NCBI GenBank assembly: GCA_039208735.1
Contig: JBCCQY010000003.1
Span: 1 to 64,000 of the forward strand
Reading direction: 5' to 3'
From: Myxococcota bacterium
GTDB taxonomy: Bacteria > Myxococcota_A > UBA796 > GCA-2862545
DNA: 64,000 bases
Both the position numbers and the translations under genes were made by a program. The notes below the pieces were generated by a model. The model was not told where the DNA came from and made no database searches. It saw only the letters and a program-made list of their open reading frames with translations. Position 1 is the stretch's first letter. The number at the start of each line of letters is the position of its first letter. Below are positions 59,449 through 64,000 of this stretch, in pieces.

Positions 59449-60732
59449 ATGACCTTTGGTTCTTCCGCCTTTCTTCGTGAGCCGCCGGCCGGCCTCATCG
59501 CCTCGATTCGTGAGGACCCCGATGACCACGCGGCGTGGTCCGTCTTTGCGGACTGGTTGACGGAGCAGGGAGACGCGCGTGGCGAACTGGTACTTTTGCA
59601 GCACCGGCTCGACGAGGCTGAAGACGCAGCTCGGAGGCCCTTGCAGCGGGCCGTTCGAGAGCTAGAACAGGCCCATCAAGAGGCTTGGTTTGCCGGGCTC
59701 GAACCGCCGCCCCAGACGCGGTTGAAGCGTTGCCATGGGTTTGTCGTCGGGGTGCGGCTGCGGCCTTGGGACGAGTTGCGGCGGGCCTTCCTCGTTCGAC
59801 TGCTCGAGCATCCGACAGGCCGGTTGCTGCGATCGCTTGAGGTGGGTGATGCGAATCTCTCGGATGAGGGCGTGATCGCGCTGGCTCGGGAATCTCGGTT
59901 GTCCCGGCTCAAGGAACTCCATCTTCGAGGTGGCCGCCTGACCCGACAAGCGGTGGGCGCCTTGGCTGCTTCTCCGCACCTCGCTGGGTTGACGTTCCTC
60001 GATTTGGCCCACAACGCGCTCGGAGCCGAAGCGGCGCGCTCGATTGCGATGGCGAAGAATGGCTGGGTCCTGCATCAGCTGGGACTGGATGGCTGCCGCA
60101 TTGGTGACGATGGAGTAGCCGCACTGACCCAGGCGTCCTTTGCATCGCAGCTCCAGAGCCTCGATCTGTCCCGCAATGCGATAGGGCCCCATGGCATTGC
60201 GAACATGGCCGTACGTGGATTTGCGTCCTTGACCGCGCTCCACCTGTCAGACAACGACGTGCGTGATGAGGGCATGGAGGCCTTCGCGAGCGGAGGCGAA
60301 GGAGCTGGGTTGGTCGACCTGCGCGTGGCACGAAATGGCTTGTCGGAGCGGGCGGCCACTGCGCTGGCCGAGTCTCCGACGCTGACCCATCTCGAAACGC
60401 TTCACCTATCGTTCAACGGACTCGGCCCCGCCGGGGTGCAAGCCCTCGTCCACTCCGCCAACGCAGCGGGGCTGAAGTCGATCGACCTCAATCGGAACGA
60501 GGTGGCGTGCGACGGCGCGGAAGCATTGGCGGACTCCAGGCAATTGTCGAGGCTTCGAGCGCTCTATCTCGATGAAAACGACATTCGCCAACGTGGTGCG
60601 CGGGCGCTGGCCCAGGCCAAGTCGCTGCAGGGCCTTGGCTACCTCAATCTCTGGGGCAACCCCATCGGGTCTGTGGGCGCCCAAGCGCTTCATCACTCGT
60701 CGGTGCTTGCGGACTGCAAGATCTTTAGGTGA
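59449..60732 (+). CDS. TIGR02996 domain plus RNI-like leucine-rich repeat protein
   Basis: I.EDPDD.....VFADWL.EQGD.RGE.V.LQ; repeated L..L.L..N.IG..G..ALA. Confidence 0.88.
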   Translation: MTFGSSAFLREPPAGLIASIREDPDDHAAWSVFADWLTEQGDARGELVLLQHRLDEAEDAARRPLQRAVRELEQAHQEAWFAGLEPPPQTRLKRCHGFVVGVRLRPWDELRRAFLVRLLEHPTGRLLRSLEVGDANLSDEGVIALARESRLSRLKELHLRGGRLTRQAVGALAASPHLAGLTFLDLAHNALGAEAARSIAMAKNGWVLHQLGLDGCRIGDDGVAALTQASFASQLQSLDLSRNAIGPHGIANMAVRGFASLTALHLSDNDVRDEGMEAFASGGEGAGLVDLRVARNGLSERAATALAESPTLTHLETLHLSFNGLGPAGVQALVHSANAAGLKSIDLNRNEVACDGAEALADSRQLSRLRALYLDENDIRQRGARALAQAKSLQGLGYLNLWGNPIGSVGAQALHHSSVLADCKIFR

Positions 60733-62412
60733 TCACAAGGCCGTCAGCGCCTCGGGCGTTTCGACATACGGAATGTTCAGTTTGTCGGCGAGGGTCCGGT
60801 CCGCGGGACGCGTGGCGATGACCACGGTCCGAGTCAGGTCCACGTCATGGATGCGGGCAAGCAGTACGGGCAGCCCTAGCCAGGGCATGCGGCACCAACA
60901 GATGGGCGGGCCCGCGGGGTGCGGGCAGACCGCGGCGTGAACCGGGCCCGTGAATGCCTGCTCGATGGCCTGTGCCGCGACGCGAGGATCGGCGCCGGGC
61001 TCCCAACCGACGACCAGGGCGACCCGTCGGGACGCCTTGATGGCGGGGCCAAACCGTTCGAGCTGGTTCGGCGCGAGAATCACGCCAGGGTGCCGTCCGC
61101 TCGGGGCTCTCACGAACGGTACGCGCTCGATCGAGGCAAATCCCTCGTCGGCCGCCGGGGGTTCAAAGCGGCTGCGAAACGACAACAATGCGCGGGGCGG
61201 GATGATCGAAGGGTCGCGCCGGCCTAGGGTTTCGAATTCTTCAGGCTCGGGAAGCCGACCCAGGCGGTCCAAGATGCGGAGCACCACATTGCGCTCGCAG
61301 TCCGCGGATGGGGTGTCCATCCAGGTGACGTGGACGGGGACGTCGTGAGCCCAGGCGGTCTCGATGACGTCGTAGCGCGACGCTCGAGTCGCATAGGTGT
61401 TGTCGAGAACGACCGAGGAGCCTTCATCTTGAAGGGCTTCGGCCAAGGGCCGGAGAAGCTTCTTGAGCGTCCCACCCCGGTCGTCACGGTTTAGCCGCAC
61501 GAATCCCCGATCCACAAAGCGCTGTGCGTGTGTCGTTTTGCCGGATCCGGGACTTCCCATCACGATGCGCACCTCGCGGACGCCCTCGGGCGACGGAGCA
61601 CGTTGTTCGCGGGGCCGACGAAGCCGTCCGCCTTCTGGAAACGTGGCGTCGAGTTGGGCGCGTTCGTCGTTGGTCAGGGTCCAGGATGCGGCGCGCACGC
61701 AGCTTTCGAGGGTCTCCACGCGGGTCGGTCCGGGCAGAGGCACCAAACCAAGCGATGCGATCCAGGCGAGCACGACTTCGGCTGGACGACCTCCTCGGGC
61801 CTCGGCCATGTCGCGGAGCAACGCATGACGGGCGAGGCGTTGTTGTTTGTCGGCGCCCCCAAGTGGCCGGTGTGCGAGCACGGGAATCTGGGCCCGTTGG
61901 CAGGCTTCGAGGATGCCCGACCGGGCACTGGCCACATCCCAAGGCGAAACGGCGACCTCGACCCAGCGGACGGGCACCACGTCGAGGGCCGCGGTCAGTT
62001 GGGCGACCGAGACGTTGGCGAGCCCCACCGCCTTGGCGATGCCGCGGTCCTGAATGCGGGCCAGCGCGCGAAGGCTGGTCTTGAAGGACCGTCGGGGATC
62101 GGGGGCGTGGAGCAGGAAGGCGTCCAGCGCATCCACCCCGAGTCGATCGCGGCTCGCGAGGGCGGCATCGACGAGGTGGCCCAATCGGCCGTCGGGCTCC
62201 CAACGCTTCCCCCGCCGAACCAGGCCCCCCTTCGTCACGATGCGAAAGTCGTTGGCAAACGGCGCGAGCTGCCGTTCTGCGTCCCCCGGCGCGGCTCCGT
62301 ACTGGTCCGCTACGTCGAGCCACTCGACGCCAAGGGTGCGGGCCCGTTCGAGCACGGTCCGAACCTCGTTGACCGGGCGCAGCGCGAGCCGTTGGGTGCC
62401 GATGGCGATCAC
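60733..62412 (-). CDS. Aldo/keto reductase fused to AAA_33-type kinase and HAD-like domain
   Basis: DVAD.YG, TKGG, LLHAPD, VGLANV; GSPGSGKT, VLDNT; CPHPAGPPICWCR.P. Confidence 0.8.
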   Translation of the reverse strand: MIAIGTQRLALRPVNEVRTVLERARTLGVEWLDVADQYGAAPGDAERQLAPFANDFRIVTKGGLVRRGKRWEPDGRLGHLVDAALASRDRLGVDALDAFLLHAPDPRRSFKTSLRALARIQDRGIAKAVGLANVSVAQLTAALDVVPVRWVEVAVSPWDVASARSGILEACQRAQIPVLAHRPLGGADKQQRLARHALLRDMAEARGGRPAEVVLAWIASLGLVPLPGPTRVETLESCVRAASWTLTNDERAQLDATFPEGGRLRRPREQRAPSPEGVREVRIVMGSPGSGKTTHAQRFVDRGFVRLNRDDRGGTLKKLLRPLAEALQDEGSSVVLDNTYATRASRYDVIETAWAHDVPVHVTWMDTPSADCERNVVLRILDRLGRLPEPEEFETLGRRDPSIIPPRALLSFRSRFEPPAADEGFASIERVPFVRAPSGRHPGVILAPNQLERFGPAIKASRRVALVVGWEPGADPRVAAQAIEQAFTGPVHAAVCPHPAGPPICWCRMPWLGLPVLLARIHDVDLTRTVVIATRPADRTLADKLNIPYVETPEALTAL

Positions 62413-62444
62413 AAGCCTCGTGTAGCATGCGCGCAGGAGGGCGC

Positions 62445-64000
62445 ATGGTGGGTGGCTTGCTCGGGATGGTGATGGCAGCCATGGCCGCAACCCCAGCGGA
62501 CCTCGACCGTGCGCTCGATGACGTGGGGCCTCGATGGGCGGGGTCGCTTCCGGATTCGATCGAGGAACTGGACGGATGGTACGAAACGGCCTTCGCTACG
62601 GCCGATGATCCAGCGTCGACGGCGTATGTACGGTGGTCGATCGCCGAGTCGAGTCGCGCGGTCGGGATGTCGCAATTCGCGTTGTGGCAGTACGAGCAAG
62701 GTCTCGTCGGGCTGCGGAGCGCATCTGATGAGGGACGTGAGGCCCCGCGGTGGTCGCCCAAGGCGTTTGCCGGGCGTCGAGGAACCCTCTTTGAGCCGAG
62801 CTTTGTGGAACCGCAGTGGCGGTCGGATTGGATCACGACCCCCGACGGGGCGCGGGCCCTGGAAGTGGCATTGCTTGTGGGAGCCGGCAATTTATATCTG
62901 GTGCAAAACCAGCTTTCGGTTGCGCGCCCGCTCTTTGAGGAGGCGGTGCGCATCGCGGACGGTCTAGGCGAGCCGGCCCTGCGTGGGAATGCCCGGACGG
63001 GCTTGGCCTGGCTTGCCCTCCAAGAGGGCAAGGAGGAGTTGGCGGTCGAGCTGCTTGAGGCGGTCCCCACGATGGAGCGCCGTTTCCGAGTTCCGCTCCG
63101 CGGGGCGTGGCTCGCAGCAGCGGCGGCGCGGTTGCGCTCGGGCGACGTCAAGCGGGCGCGAGGATGGCTCGAAGAGGCTGATGCGCTCTATGCGAGGGCC
63201 GCGGACCGCTCCGGGCGGGCGACCGTGTGGGTGTTGCAGGGCGAACTGTACGAAGCCCTCGGGCGACCCAGTAAGGCGCTTGGCCGCTACACCGATGCCG
63301 AAGGCCAGGCCATGGTGGGCTCAGCGGCGGCCTGGGCGGCTCCGCTTGGGTTGGCCCGGTTGCACACCCGCCAAGGAGCCCCCCAGGACGCCTTGGCCGC
63401 TTACGGTCGCTACCTCCAGGCGATCGAGGGAGCGGCTCGAGGGTTCCGGACGGACCAGGGCCAATTCTCGACCCTCGAGGCGCATGCTGACCACCTGGAC
63501 GCGATGGTGGCGGTGGCTTTGGAGCTGGGCGAGCCGGGGTTGGTGCATCGGGTGGTGGCTCGCGCCCGACGTCGCTCACTGCCCGCCTTGACGGCGCGAA
63601 CCGACTCGATCCAGCCGATGCCCCCTGGTGTGCTGCAGCCCGGGCGGCTGTCAGGAGAGACGGATGACGTCCCCATGATGGTCCAGATGGCGGCCAGCAC
63701 GCCGTTGGCGTTGGTACCGGTCGAACGGGATCTCGGCGAACGTCAGGGCACCGATCCGTTCGCCATGGTCGCGCCCCCCGCCGACACCTGGACCTTGTCG
63801 ACGTATGCATTGCCGACCGAACTGCTGGTGACCCTTCGGGAGCCTTCCGGAGCGGTGCACCTCGGACGAAGCCGAATGGAACGGGACGCGCTCGTGAAGA
63901 AGGTCGAGAACTTTCGGCGGGCGCTGGGGGCCGATGGGGATCGCGTTCGCGGGCTCGATCGGAGCCCTCCGTCGGGAGCTGGACCCCAACAGGCCCTCGC
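62445..64000 (+). CDS. Secreted TPR-repeat protein, truncated at window edge (possibly CHAT-domain family)
   Basis: AGGAGG RBS then MVGGLLGMVMAAMAATPADLD...; appears open to the window end, which would explain its absence from the ORF track; TPR-like helices. Confidence 0.7.
   Translation, partial: MVGGLLGMVMAAMAATPADLDRALDDVGPRWAGSLPDSIEELDGWYETAFATADDPASTAYVRWSIAESSRAVGMSQFALWQYEQGLVGLRSASDEGREAPRWSPKAFAGRRGTLFEPSFVEPQWRSDWITTPDGARALEVALLVGAGNLYLVQNQLSVARPLFEEAVRIADGLGEPALRGNARTGLAWLALQEGKEELAVELLEAVPTMERRFRVPLRGAWLAAAAARLRSGDVKRARGWLEEADALYARAADRSGRATVWVLQGELYEALGRPSKALGRYTDAEGQAMVGSAAAWAAPLGLARLHTRQGAPQDALAAYGRYLQAIEGAARGFRTDQGQFSTLEAHADHLDAMVAVALELGEPGLVHRVVARARRRSLPALTARTDSIQPMPPGVLQPGRLSGETDDVPMMVQMAASTPLALVPVERDLGERQGTDPFAMVAPPADTWTLSTYALPTELLVTLREPSGAVHLGRSRMERDALVKKVENFRRALGADGDRVRGLDRSPPSGAGPQQAL

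Overview
High-GC bacterial window, most consistent with Myxococcota (MYXO-CTERM-like tail, MbnP/MbnH pair, TIGR02996-LRR, FHA and Ser/Thr kinase modules). About 50 protein genes or gene fragments; no rRNA, tRNA or CRISPR array recognised. The main feature is a ~16 kb, translationally coupled minus-strand operon (17802->1889): DUF4301, bcsA, bcsB, bcsZ, bcsC, a glucoamylase/GH144-like lipoprotein and a GH44 with a sorting tail. DUF4301 carries UDP-sugar pyrophosphorylase-like motifs and abuts bcsA. BcsA has a split PilZ domain plus a zinc-ribbon/TM/helical C-terminal extension. Other notable items: rpoE-chrR with back-to-back TGATCC..CGTA promoters, one pointing at a DUF4331-DUF4331-TPR operon; a CLCA-like metalloprotease/vWA protein; a lone cytolysin-like lipoprotein fused to a beta-propeller; a kinase-OmpA-LysM/FecR-barrel operon facing an FHA regulator; a GluR0-like channel with an altered filter; several decayed genes; a 63-bp tandem repeat; a diverged ~200-bp duplication. 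All family calls are by-eye motif recognition, not database searches.
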